From: Aplysia californica
Taxonomy: Eukaryota
Length of the DNA: 64,000 nt
Direction: 5' to 3'
Assembly (NCBI RefSeq): GCF_000002075.1
Contig: NW_004797457.1
Span: 795,612 to 859,611 of the forward strand
Positions within the stretch are counted from its first letter, which is position 1. Each line of letters opens with the position of its first letter. Shown here piece after piece: positions 1 through 11,707 of this stretch. Position numbers and translations under genes: made by a program. The notes under the pieces are model-generated. The model was not told the DNA's origin and did not search any database. It saw only the letters and a list, made by a program, of their open reading frames with translations.

Positions 1-1
1 G

Positions 2-1141
2 ATGCAGCAGCTAGTCCGACAGAGATATCTGGGAGGTCCTGTCATGCCGGGAAGGGGTGTCCAGATAGTAGCAGGAAGACCTGTCAGGTAAAGGCAAAGG
101 TTGTCTCTATTTTGCTCCTTTTTAATCCAAACCTGATACCAATACTTAACTTGAAACATTGGGTAAAAGAAACTGGGAGTAACCCCCCTCCCCATCATTC
201 GTAACTGACTTGATGAACTTGATGTTGTCCACAGAGGCCTGAGATTGCAGTGGGGTTGGTGCTTTTGCTTTGTTTTACAGGGACAGGAAAAACTAGCTGG
301 CTGTGTTAGTATGTGTGTGTGTGGGGGATGTTGTTTGTTTGGTGTGTGTGTGTTTTATGCTGTTCCTTTACCATTGTATTGGGCAGAAGAGAACTAAAAA
401 TGATAGACCCTAAATGAGAACATGAAAAGGAACAGACATTGTGGGTAGTTTCTTACTTTTTTAAAATCAGCGTTATGTTAGAATTAGACATCACAAGACC
501 TAGTCTGTACTAAATAAGTCCTTTTTATTTTTACACATTGTTAGAGTTGACAGTGCTAGGTCATGTGTAATACAGAAGGCAGGTGTACCAGAACAGATGG
601 TAACATCAGCTCTTTTTGACTCAGTTCACAGGATATTTAGACATCTGAATTGTTAAACTTGTCAGTGCCTCCCATACATTGACAGGATATGTTTTGTTTG
701 TTTGTTGTTGTTTTTTAAGATGAAAGAATTTTTGTTGTATATTGGTGGTCTATTTTTGACACTCTGTATCACTTGAGATGTCTAGTGTTTGAGTTTATGC
801 TCATGCAAGAACATTTGCCTTTGCTCTGAAAATAGTGTTACTGTTGAAAGAAAAAAAAAAGTAACGAGTCATTTCAGTGTTTTTCTCACCCTGTAAAGCA
901 TGGTCCAATGAAGGTGTTCATTTTATCTGCCATGGTGATTATATGGTTATTTTCATTTTATAGAACTTTTTTAAGGAACATCTTTTTCGACTTCCAATCA
1001 AGTTGTGATGGTGTTGTTCTAAGTCAGAAAGTTGGTTCAATATTTGTTTTACTTTGCTATTGACTGCTTGTATGTTTTGTCTTGCTCAGAGTGAAGATGA
1101 CGTATCCAAGAGAGAACATGCCCATGGAATCGAACACTTGA
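2..1141 (+). CDS. 3' end (last two coding exons) of an unidentified gene that starts upstream of the window
   Basis: Exon ..2-87 reads MQQLVRQRYLGGPVMPGRGVQIVAGRPV and ends AG|GTAAAG (phase 2). Exon 1090-1141 follows the pyrimidine-rich acceptor ttttgtcttgctcAG and continues in frame as RVKMTYPRENMPMESNT*. A long AU/GU-rich stretch resembling a 3'UTR follows. Family not recognised. Confidence 0.6.
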
Positions 1142-3401
1142 TGCAGCTCAGCAGCTGGTTAAACCACGGCAAACATTAATAAGTGCAATTCTTTCCCATG
1201 AACTTTGTGATATTTCGTGATTCATACATTTGTACCATGCTATTGATGTGCAAGTGTCAGCTCTTAACAATCCTCCATATGAATCTTTAAACGTGTATAT
1301 TTTATTAAGTCAGGAAAAATCATGTTGACATATTTTATATTATTTTTTTGTCCTTGATTTCCAGACGATTGTTTACATGAAATAATTTCAGTATTGTTTT
1401 CTTGGATCAAATCAAAGCACCATATACATTGAGTAAATTTCATATATTTTTAAAATCCGAAATGCTCATTGAATAGTGATTATTTATTCATTTATTGTTT
1501 TGGGGGTTTTTTTGTCACTGATTTTCTGTCAAGTGATATTCTAGATATTATATTATATTGACTTAAGCCGAGTGCTGATATATTATTTTTAATCAGCTAG
1601 TGGTTTCTCAGTAAATTACTTTTTTGTTGGAAAATGGCATTCTTTGGAATAAAAAGCAGCGAGTTTTGCTTTTTTTTCTTCAATTGGGTTTGAGATATTC
1701 TGATGTCCCTTAATGACCTTATAAAACAATTGAAAGTGAAATGTTCCTACTTATGGTGCAACACCCAGTGGTGTGTTTGTACGTGGTTTGTGTAATTTTC
1801 TAGTTTTATTATCAACTGGCTCGAAAATAATCGTATAGTTAATCTCTCAGAATCTGTTTTCTGAATTAAGTTTATTGTGGTCATGAACGAAGAGTATTCC
1901 TTGCAATGACACAGTGTAGTGGGTTGTTTTAAATAAAACATGCCTGAAAAATGTCTCAATGGTCACCAGTACTTCTTTTATAGGTCTTCCGTCTATGAAT
2001 TGTTTTCATTTTCTTTTATTTGTCAGCTTTTCAATGTTCTTACTTTCAGTTGTGAGTATTCCCGACTTTTCAGACCAAAATTGATCTTACTTTCAATTCT
2101 GCGTGTTATTTGAATAAGTAGTCAAAGACTCCACAAACATTCCTGTGAAATTCTAGTCACATAAACGCTTGTTGCCGAGTGTTCCATTCTTTTTTTCCAG
2201 TTACCATTTTAAGATATATACGCACTTTCACTGTTTTGAAATCATGGCGTTTGTACATAATTTATACCTGATTTGGAAAGAAAAGTATGGTAAGTAAAAT
2301 GTCTGTTGCAAGAATGATAGAAGGTCAAGAGTATTTCATTTTTAAGAAATAGTGTTACCATTGTTATAAGTCGTGTTTATAGATGTTTGAGTGGTTTTCT
2401 TTTAATAAATAGCACTGGCTAATAGTGTGTATTTGCTGTTGTGATTTTATGTGGTTATAAGTTCCAGAGGAACTTTTAAACTTGTGAATATTTTATTTTT
2501 CTAAAGGTTGTTTGATATTGTTCCAATATATCAAGTAAATTGACCTTTACTGTGGCGGTTATACCAGGCACAACATGGGCTTCAATGGCTGTGAAACAGG
2601 ATTTTTATTTGTTTTACCAGATCATATATATGTTTTATAAAGATATGCTGATGAAACCAATAGTATTTCTACCCAGAAATCAGTACTTTCTGACAGTTCC
2701 GTACTTGCTCCCCAATCATTATCAACTCCATCCGTAAATAAGTGCGATAGCGTAGGGCTACAGAGATTCCGGGGCAAAGGATACGTATTCGCCATCGTAT
2801 TGGGATATTTACGATAATTCTGTCGGCAATAGGTTAATGTTATAGGAACCTGCCAGACCCGGGAGTATGAGGAAATCTGTGAACTGCCCTGCGAAAGACC
2901 CAAGAAAATACTTGAATATTTGAAAACCAAATTGGATAGGTCAGTACATTCATTTTTGCGGGTCGCGATTGAATGTTCGTTCAGCTTTTCCAGGTCTGAG
3001 AGTACAATTCACGCGAATAGGCGGCAATGGCGACAGGTGGAAGTGTATGTGACACTGGGGTCAATCGGGGAAAATCAAGATCTACTTTCGCTTTCGTTAC
3101 CACTCAGAAATTTGCGGGTGATAGTATGATACCACAACATTTGTGACATGCAAGTCGTGCATTATAAATGCTGTGTCGCCACGCAAATAAATAAAATCAA
3201 TATTTGTCACTGTGTTATCACTTGTAGAAAAGAAAATACAAATGTTTTCTGATCTTCAGCTTTTTGGGCGCATTCACATCACATGCTACAGCATCGTGTG
3301 AGTAGTGAGTGTGGGTACCGGCGGTTGATGGGGTTGCCAAAGTTCATTCAAAATCTTGAGTGTTGCTAAAGAGTTCGTTCAAAGTCCGAGAGTTGCGAAA
3401 T

Positions 3402-3432
<31 letters not shown>

Positions 3433-5307
3433 TAGGCAACTTGATAACAGGTTTTAGAATTTTGATTAGAGCTCTCTGCAAAGTGCGCGTTGGTGCAGGC
3501 CTTGTGTGGAATTGGGATTCGTCATACCTTGTAGGCCTTGTTATTGAACTAAAGTATTTACGTTTCATTGAATTTGTGATAGTAAATTATTACTATTTAT
3601 GTTAGTTTTTTGTTCAAGGTTGTCAGATTTTCAGTGTCGCTGCATTTTGCCCTACCTCAGTTTTTACATCGTGGTGAAATCAGGAGCTCATCAAAATAAT
3701 GAATAGATGAAACTGACATCATAACGAATATTCAAGATCTGTGAATGGTGCATTTGAAAACATTTCAGTGTGGATTTTACTGAAACACATTGATCAAAGT
3801 CACACTAAAAATAATTTATTTGCAGATTCCGAAGACACTTTTATATTTTTAATTTTGGAAGCCGCCATACTTTGGCATCCATTTTCTCACTAATCTTACC
3901 TCTGACACCAAACAACCCCTACCTCCTTCAATTGCAAATTTCACAACTTCCATTCAAGATAATAGGATATTTTTTTCATTAAAAGCTGGACAAATGAACA
4001 GACACAGTTTTGAAGAGTGCCTGATTCATTCATGTTATGACATATGTAGTGACTGCCATACAACATAACGCATCGTCGCCTCAGAACTATTTTGTACAAA
4101 ATGTAGGCCTACTTAGTAAAGAGGCACTTTGGACAAAATAGTTCTGAGGTGACGATATGTCGAGACTGCCATAGTAAGGGTTAAATTTACGCAAAATAGT
4201 TCTGAGGTTACGATATGTCAAGACTGCCACAGTAAGGGTTAAATTTACGTGTTGAGTATTCTTCCTGTTTCAGTGTTGTTCATAGGTTTGACACATTCCA
4301 TTTTTTGGTTTACAAATTATTTTTCTTTTCACAGTTGTCATATATTTGATAGTCATTGATAGACATTTGTCTAGTTTGTTTTTTTTAATACCAAAAGGCT
4401 CGGTGTTCAGGCCCATTGTGTGAAAGCAAAAATCTTAACCTCCACAAAAGAATTTCGTGAGAAATTAACTTTTTGAAGCTGCATGTATGTTATTATGATT
4501 CCTATAGTCAATCTTTTTGGTTTTCCTGGCTGTGACACAGTCTAACTTGTTGTGGTTCTTGAATTTTATGCACCAAAGAGAAAACGGGATATCACAAAGG
4601 CTACCAGTACTTGTTTTGGTGACTTCACCTGTAAAAGAACATGAACCTTTTGTTATCATGGATTCAGTTTGCATTCATATTGTGTATGATTTTGCTTTGT
4701 GGGTTTTTTTTGTGTTGTGGACAATTGTGTTTATACATTGAGGATATTATTATTATTGGGGTTTATCCTGTTGTGTGTGTACTTACATAATATTTATTAT
4801 ACGTTGTGTGTTTTTAAGGTATTATAAGATCAAAGTCCCCAGGGTTCCTTGCAGCTCATAAGTCTGGTGTTGTTGGCATTCCTACAGCTGTGTGCCCAAC
4901 ATATTCTTGATTATTTGTGAGTGTTTGTCATACTGCATGTATGTTTGTATGGAACAGCATGTATGTTTGTATGGAACTCATCAATTAGTATTTGAGATGA
5001 GTGTTGGCTGTGGTGTGTAAGTGGATCAAAATGAGAATGACCTGGTTTCAGTGTTATGTGGAGTTGCAGTATTATTTGCTGTTGCTATTGTTACCACTCA
5101 GTGTTATGTTGATTATGTTCCTATTGGAAAATGGTTGAATAAACTATTTTTATCAGTTTCTAATTATTTGTTTGGTATTTCCTTTTATATTTCGTTCAAG
5201 TATGTTTATAAGAAATGGTGCATGTGGTAGACTTCATTTTCCTGTATACTTAAATTTGATTAATTTTCTTTGAAATGATCGCTGTGCTTCAGAGCTGAGG
5301 ACTTTAA

Positions 5308-6041
5308 GGGGGTGTAGCTATGGTCAACACCCAAATGCTATAGTTTTTGGTCTAACGCTTGCTTTTCTGCATCAAAGGGGGTGACATAGTACAAAAAAAG
5401 GTTACCAAGCAAAAAATTCAAGATTTTAGCCATAACAATCTCGAGCCATCAAAAATAAAGGATTGATTCAGCATTTTTAAAACCAATATTATATTTTGTC
5501 AATCATCAACACTCATCAAGATAGAAGCCTAATATTTGGCATGGCGATTACTGTTGGTAGGTAGAACAACCTTACAGAGCCAAATTTGAATTTTCTGTAC
5601 TAACTTGTGAGCTTTACAGTCCTTGTTATGCACTACATTCAGGTCTCCAATGTTTTAAGATTTTTTAAAATAAAAAAGGCCTAAAACTCAAATGTGTTCC
5701 ATAAACAGCAAAAATGCTGCTGTAAAGTTATAGAGAAATGTGTATAAAAGATTGTGTCCAAATGTGAAACACTTCTGACAGTAACTTTCTGAGATCTACT
5801 CAAAATAGTGTTGCAACCTGGTCAGATAAACAATTCTGAGAAAACTGCAAAGAGAGATAATTTTTGGTGAAGATTTTCCTACATTGCTACCTCTCTTAAA
5901 TGCATTTCCAGCTATTTCTAAGTTTGATAAGGAATTAGGCTTCTAAAGATGAATCCTTGATATTGATATCTATTAAGATACTTCAAAATTCGAAAACTGA
6001 TATTTTTTCAAAATTTTTACTGATCTGACCAGTGGATCCCC
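5308..6041. mobile_element. Non-autonomous DNA transposon, TTAA-flanked with GGGG termini (Kolobok-like)
   Basis: TTAA at 5304-5307 and 6042-6045, imperfect TIRs (ggggg..tggtca / tgacca..cccc). A second copy in opposite orientation, interrupted by insertions, lies at ~30976-35537. Confidence 0.65.
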
Positions 6042-6289
6042 TTAAAAAAAATGAATATATGATCTTTGCAGTCGTTGGGAAGATAAGTTTCTAAAAAGAT
6101 CGTGAACGTGTTTGACTTAGTTGGTTCCTAATGTCTGTCACCTCAGAATTGATAGAAAAATTTCTTTGAAAAGTTGGAATTAAAATAAAAACTAAATACT
6201 GTTGCAAAGTACTTGTGTCTTTGAGCGGAGATCCTTCCAGTTGGAGATATTGAATCTATGTACACAGTTCAGATTGTCACAGGTAGATC

Positions 6290-6580
6290 TACACTATTAG
6301 TTTGTTGCCCCACTTACAAACCAGAACTTTCTCTGTAGTAGAAGGTAGTTGTTACTGAATATGGGTAAAACAAAATATGCACACGTTGAACATTGTGTGT
6401 CACTGGCAAAGCAAGGCAAATGAGGCTGGGGTAGGGCAAGTGCAATCTTCTTGGTGAATCTAAACAGATGGGTGATGGGGAAAGACCAGGGTAATGGTAG
6501 ATTTTTTAAGAGCATCCAAGTAAAAGAATGAATGGAGAGCCATGATCGCCAATGTCTGCAGCAGATCTGGCAGATGATGA
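6290..6580 (+). mobile_element. Degenerate RTE-clade LINE 3' end
   Basis: Decayed frame ...EHCVSLAKQGK*GWGR...FLRASK*KNEWRAMIANVCSRSG followed by a (GAT)n tail. Matches the RTE ORF C-terminus also seen at 23075-23745. Confidence 0.6.
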
Positions 6581-6762
6581 TGTGTGTCATGCTTAGTCTG
6601 TCTCTGATAGTGTTCAGACTGGGGGAGTCCACCTAAGTTGCAGATGAGTTCATGCTTCTTTTAAATTTCAACTTCCAACACAGTTGGCATTGAGAAACTA
6701 ACATTCAAGCAGGCTGCATTTATGATTTATCATCGCATATTTCTGCGTTTTACTATAAACAT

Positions 6763-7158
6763 ACAGTGGAAACTATATATAACGGGCCCGGTAGTACGGT
6801 AACAGGGATTTTTAAAATCCCCGTTTTTTCCTACTCTGTCTCTATTATTAAAAGTTATCTGCAATAAGAGGACCTGGGCAGAGCCCAATCGGTTATAGCA
6901 GGGACAAAGGCTCGTTAACAATGTGTAAAAATTAAAAGAGAGAAAGAGTAACGCAGTGATGGAGCAAGCACACGCAGCGGGGGAAGCGAGAGAGGGCTGC
7001 GGTGTGCTGCAGACTTCGATCTAGCCCTAAGCCTCGCTACACTACACATGAATAATAAATACAGCTAGATTAGTCCACAAATGCTTACTTCCCTTGCATT
7101 TCTGATTTAACAGGGATCTGATGTAACAGGACTTTTCCTCATGTCCCACCATCCCTGT
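6763..7158. mobile_element. MITE with TA-CAGTG termini (Tc1/pogo-Tigger type)
   Basis: Left end tacagtggaaactatatataacggg, right end ccctgttatatcaggtttcccttgta (degenerate inverted repeat). Confidence 0.5.
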
Positions 7159-8910
7159 TATATCAGGTTTCCCTTGTACTCAAGGGTCCCGACTTAGGTT
7201 TTCTAGAGTGTCACTTTTACTTTTAGCAAAAAAGAGAGCACCAAAAGTCAAAAGTGCCACTTGTGTACCTTGGTGAAAGCTACATTGAAGTTCCATGTAC
7301 TGACTGAGACAGATGGAGAGTCTCGAGTCTCTGGAATTCATTGAGCTTTCTCGTAACACCTAATCTTCGAGAATTTTACGACTATTTGTGCTGGTGTAAA
7401 GCTTTCTCTAAAACTAAAACTAAACTGTTTGCATTGGACCCTGATGAGGGAATGATGCTGGATCACAATTCAGGATTCCTGGATACTAAGCAAACCGGTT
7501 CAGCTCATTCGGTCAGTTTTTTTCAGGCCGTCTGCCCCATCCTACTGAAAGTCAAAGAGATAGAATGTCCCTGAGGGTCCACTTCGTAATCATTATGCTG
7601 AAAAAGGCTTTCTTTTGGAAGTCTTGAGGAAGCCGAGTAATGGGAACAGAGGTGCTGTGGTCAGTTGGATATTATTGCCATCAGCCAAGGATTTACATTT
7701 ATTAATCTTTACAAAAAAGTTTGACTTTTGATAACTCTTTGGACGAAGTGTTCATGGAATTGGAGGTATATTTCCATTTAATTATTTACAATTGTCTGCT
7801 AGAGTTTCACCCTTTTCTCACTGAAAACAACAGTTGTAAACTAAATAAACTTTAAAAAACTAACAAAGAATATAACAGGAACAAATACTTTGGGCAACTG
7901 TTTAATATTACTTGTATAATGAAAATGCTATTTTTCTCTTGAGCATTATATCAATGGAAGGCTTGGAGAAAATCTCCAAAACATGGAACAGTTCAGGGAT
8001 AACAAAAAAAAAGTTTAAACATGCAAATACCATGAATACATGAACAAGGTGGACTAAATACTAAAGCAAGCTGGCTTGCACTTCCAGGTCTTAAATCTAT
8101 AAAACATACAATTGAAAGCTAAAAAATAACAAGTGCAACAATAGTGATAGCCGAGTAAGACATCATTAATTTGAAAGACCAGTACTTCACACTCATACTC
8201 ATACCTAGTGAACACAGTTACGCTTTTCATAGCAGATCTAATTCTAACACAGTGGAGATCGCCTAAGCCGAAAATGGTTAATCCAAAAAACAGGGGTAAT
8301 CAGGAAAGAAACAGAATCCTGATTTTTTTCTTCTGCTGTGTCTTTGTAAGAAAACTGCAGATTTGCTTTAAAAAAATGGTCCTATTTATAAACCGAAAAG
8401 AATTTTGAGGATTAAGTTGTCCAATTCTTCACTAGCAACTTGTCAAGTAACCCGAATCACCAAATCTTAAGTGTTCTTAGGCGCTTCAAGATAGTCTATT
8501 ATCTATTTGTGGAGGCCAAATTTTGCTATTCAAAAGGCTTTTTAATGGCTGCATCCATCGACATGCGGTTTTTGCCAAAAAATTATTTAAAATATTCTCC
8601 AGATCATGACGCCCTTCATTTTTTCAGTTTTGAGACAGTTTTGCGGCAAAAAGCTAAATTTCTTTATTTCGCCAATCGCTTCGTAGGCCGATGCTTCTGT
8701 CTCTGCAATTTTAGAAAATCCCGTGCAGAAGTGATATTTTGCGAGGCGCATTTTGTTTCGCGAGTATAGATCTAGATCTACACCTAATTTTTTGCATCTC
8801 TCAAAATGTATTTCTCCATTCCAGTAGAGTGTAAATATAGTAGGCCAATGACTTTCAGTTGATGTTAATGCACCGATCATCCTTTTCATCGAAAGGGGGC
8901 CCAGCTAGTA

Positions 8911-9677
8911 CAGTGGAATCCTGTTTTAACGAGAGGGGGGGGGGGGGGACCGGAGCAAAATGTCCGTTATAGCAGGATTCTCGCTATATAAGGGATCCAG
9001 TAATAAATTCAAGGGAAACTGTAAGGTAGGCCTAATCTATGAGTTTGGTGTTCTGTTTATTTCCTTTTGCTATCTCCCCTGATGATGATTTTGTTTCAAC
9101 ATGACCTCTAGGTCTTACTTGATCAAAAATCGAATCAGGTTTCTTTCTCTAGCGCTAGATCTAGCGATGTGAACTGACAGCTCGGCGTTGGCGATCAGAA
9201 AGAAAGGGCTCTGGGCTAACTTGCCCACTGTGTTTTCCCCCACCCCACCCCACCCTGTGGTGCCCTCTGTCTGCTTGCGCACGTCATACATTCGCTCCAT
9301 CCATCACAGCACTGTGACCTCTCCATCCCCGCATCGGAGAAGTGAGAGGCATGGTAGGCCTTGATAATCTAAACTAGGCTTACACTGGACCCTCCCTACT
9401 CAGTTGCTCCGGCATTCATTGTTGGCACACATGGGCTCTCCCATTCTTTGTTTCGCTAGATCACCAACAACTTTTTCAACTGACGAGGTTTTACTTTATG
9501 TATAATTGGCCCATGCACTGTGCACAGCAGCAGCTATATTCCGCTATAAACGACTCGCATGTTTGTCTGATTGCGCTATACAGTTTTTTATTTACAAAGG
9601 TAAAGAAGAGAAAAAAGCGGGGTTTTAGAATCGTGTCTTCTCATTTTTTCCGGACTCGTTATAAGTGGACTCCACTG
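8911..9677. mobile_element. MITE with TA-CAGTGGA termini (pogo/Tigger type)
   Basis: tacagtggaatcctgttttaacgag ... ctcgttataagtggactccactgta: inverted termini with flanking TA. Confidence 0.65.
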
Positions 9678-11164
9678 TAATATTAATAGGCCTACACATT
9701 GTGTATAAGTTTAGTGACACAAGGATAGCGAATGTATGTCTGTTGCAAGATCTCTGATGGGTCATGGCCTATTGTCTCTGCCTACTGTCTCTGTGTTTCA
9801 TCACAACACTGGCATTGGGCCTTCTATACTTCTTATTACAGTAACTCTACAGTATGCTGATCTACTCTTGCTACTATTTTTTATGACTTCAGCTGATTGA
9901 GCAAGCCGGCAATGTCGAAGAGAGTGCACAAAACAGACACCCTGAAGCCCCAATGACAATTTCTGAAAGATATAAATGAGAAGAAAACTTTCGAAAAGTG
10001 AAATTTTCTCCGAGCATGATATTGGTAATCCCAACTCTACCTCATTGACAGTCATCACTGGATGAGAAAAAATTGAAATGGCAAAGAGCAAAGAGTTTTT
10101 CCAGTCCTTGAGCAATTTCTCTAGATCAGAAATATGACTAAAACTGAAGAAAACCCAAAGGCCCTGCAGATTTCGGTTTAAGTGACCTCCACTGTCATGG
10201 CAGCAATGATTGAAGTATGAAATAAATGTTATTTGCAATTTGATAATAAAGTGAATAGATTAGAACTTTCGTTCAAGTAGGGACAAAGGCTATGTTCAGT
10301 CTATATGATTAAAGTTAAGACTGAATTACAATGAGACATGCACTGAAAAATGTTGAGAAAATCAGAACATTTCCTGATTCAAAAAGCCTTAGTGCACAAA
10401 ATACCTCTGACTTTGAAACAAAAAGAAAAACTAAACTCACAGACAAGTGGTAATTAATAAGTATAAGAGTGAAACCTTGCAACCTAATGAGAAATTATTC
10501 ATTCCAGATATAATATTGGTCCCATTCTGACTACAAAGAGCATACAGATTACGCATAATAAAAAAAAGCAATGTTGAGAGTATTCCCTCATGAGCGCCCT
10601 ACACACAGCAAGAACAGGCAGAGAAGTGATAAATTCACTCCAAAACCATCACACACAAATCGTACTAAGTGCCCAACATGCAAAGTCTTTATAACAACTT
10701 AAAATCTGATTCTGAATACAAGTACAAAAAGAACAAAGGACAAAGAAAACGAGAATGTAAGTACAAAGGTTTCTCAGTGAGTACATTGAGCCTGTAAGTG
10801 GCTGGCCCCTGGTGTCGGCAAAGAAATTGAAAGATTGGGATTTAAGTGCAAATAATAATAATAATAATGGGAATTAATATAGCCCTAATCCTTAAGGGGA
10901 GACGTACGCTCCCAGAAAAATTTTCTAAACGAATGACTTTTGTTCACTTTCATGTAATTGTGTAAGAAGTTCATAGGTAAATAGGATGTATCAAGGGTGA
11001 ATTTATTGATTTTTACTGAAAAATAGGTCTCTGTGGCGGCCATCTTGGATTACTCAACTCATGAATCGAAGGACAAAATATCCACACACACACATGCATG
11101 CACCCACAAATCCCAGACCCACACACATTCTCACGATACAAAATTTACTGTCAGGACAGTGTTG

Positions 11165-11355
11165 AACGAATGTGTCTTTAGACTATAATTTGACTTTGAA
11201 TCTCTCTCTGACGTTATGATAATACTCATTTCTTTTGAGAGGGAATGCCAAATTTTTGGGACATAGAGGAAGAAAAAGCTCTTCCATCCAACTTGTTAGA
11301 CTTCACTGTGGGCACTCTTAATGAGATTCTCATCTGCAGATCTGAAAAGTCTTCA
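11165..11355 (-). mobile_element. Degenerate L2/CR1-group LINE 3' end
   Basis: Minus-strand remnant LRVPTVKSNKLDGRAFS..PKIWHSL..FK..LKTH resembles the L2-type RT C-terminal tail (LRVP..GRAFS..P.LWN.LP..FK..LKTHLF). Confidence 0.5.
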
Positions 11356-11646
11356 TGATCAGATTCAACAAAATCTTTAGATGTGTTTTCTTTAGTCCAA
11401 ATTATGAGAAAAAAAATGTTTAAGTTATTGGTACAACAATTAAACATAATATTTGTTTCTCCTCTTCTTAAGGCAAAGCTTTCAAAATTCTGAATCACAA
11501 TTTCTTCTCTTAGTCTTAGAGATAGAATGATGTTTCCACAAGTGCACTATTTCAAATTTACTTTATCCTTCTTTAGCGAAGCTTGTGTTTGCTATAATAA
11601 TTTTAGTGTCCTAAACATTGTGGGAATAAATGACATAATACTGATA

Positions 11647-11652
11647 TTTATT
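11647..11652 (-). promoter_or_regulatory. Candidate polyadenylation signal of the carboxylesterase gene
   Basis: AATAAA on the minus strand (tttatt on plus), ~55 nt downstream of the stop codon. Confidence 0.4.
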
Positions 11653-11707
11653 AAAGACATAATATTTCAAACAAGACTTTTGATAGTACAGTCGTCATAA
11701 TGTTACT

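Noticed and set aside
7440-7500. Hammerhead-ribozyme-like CTGATGA + stem (Penelope-type)
   Set aside because: A stem II can be drawn, but the required GAAA is absent (GGATA) and stems I/III are not evident.
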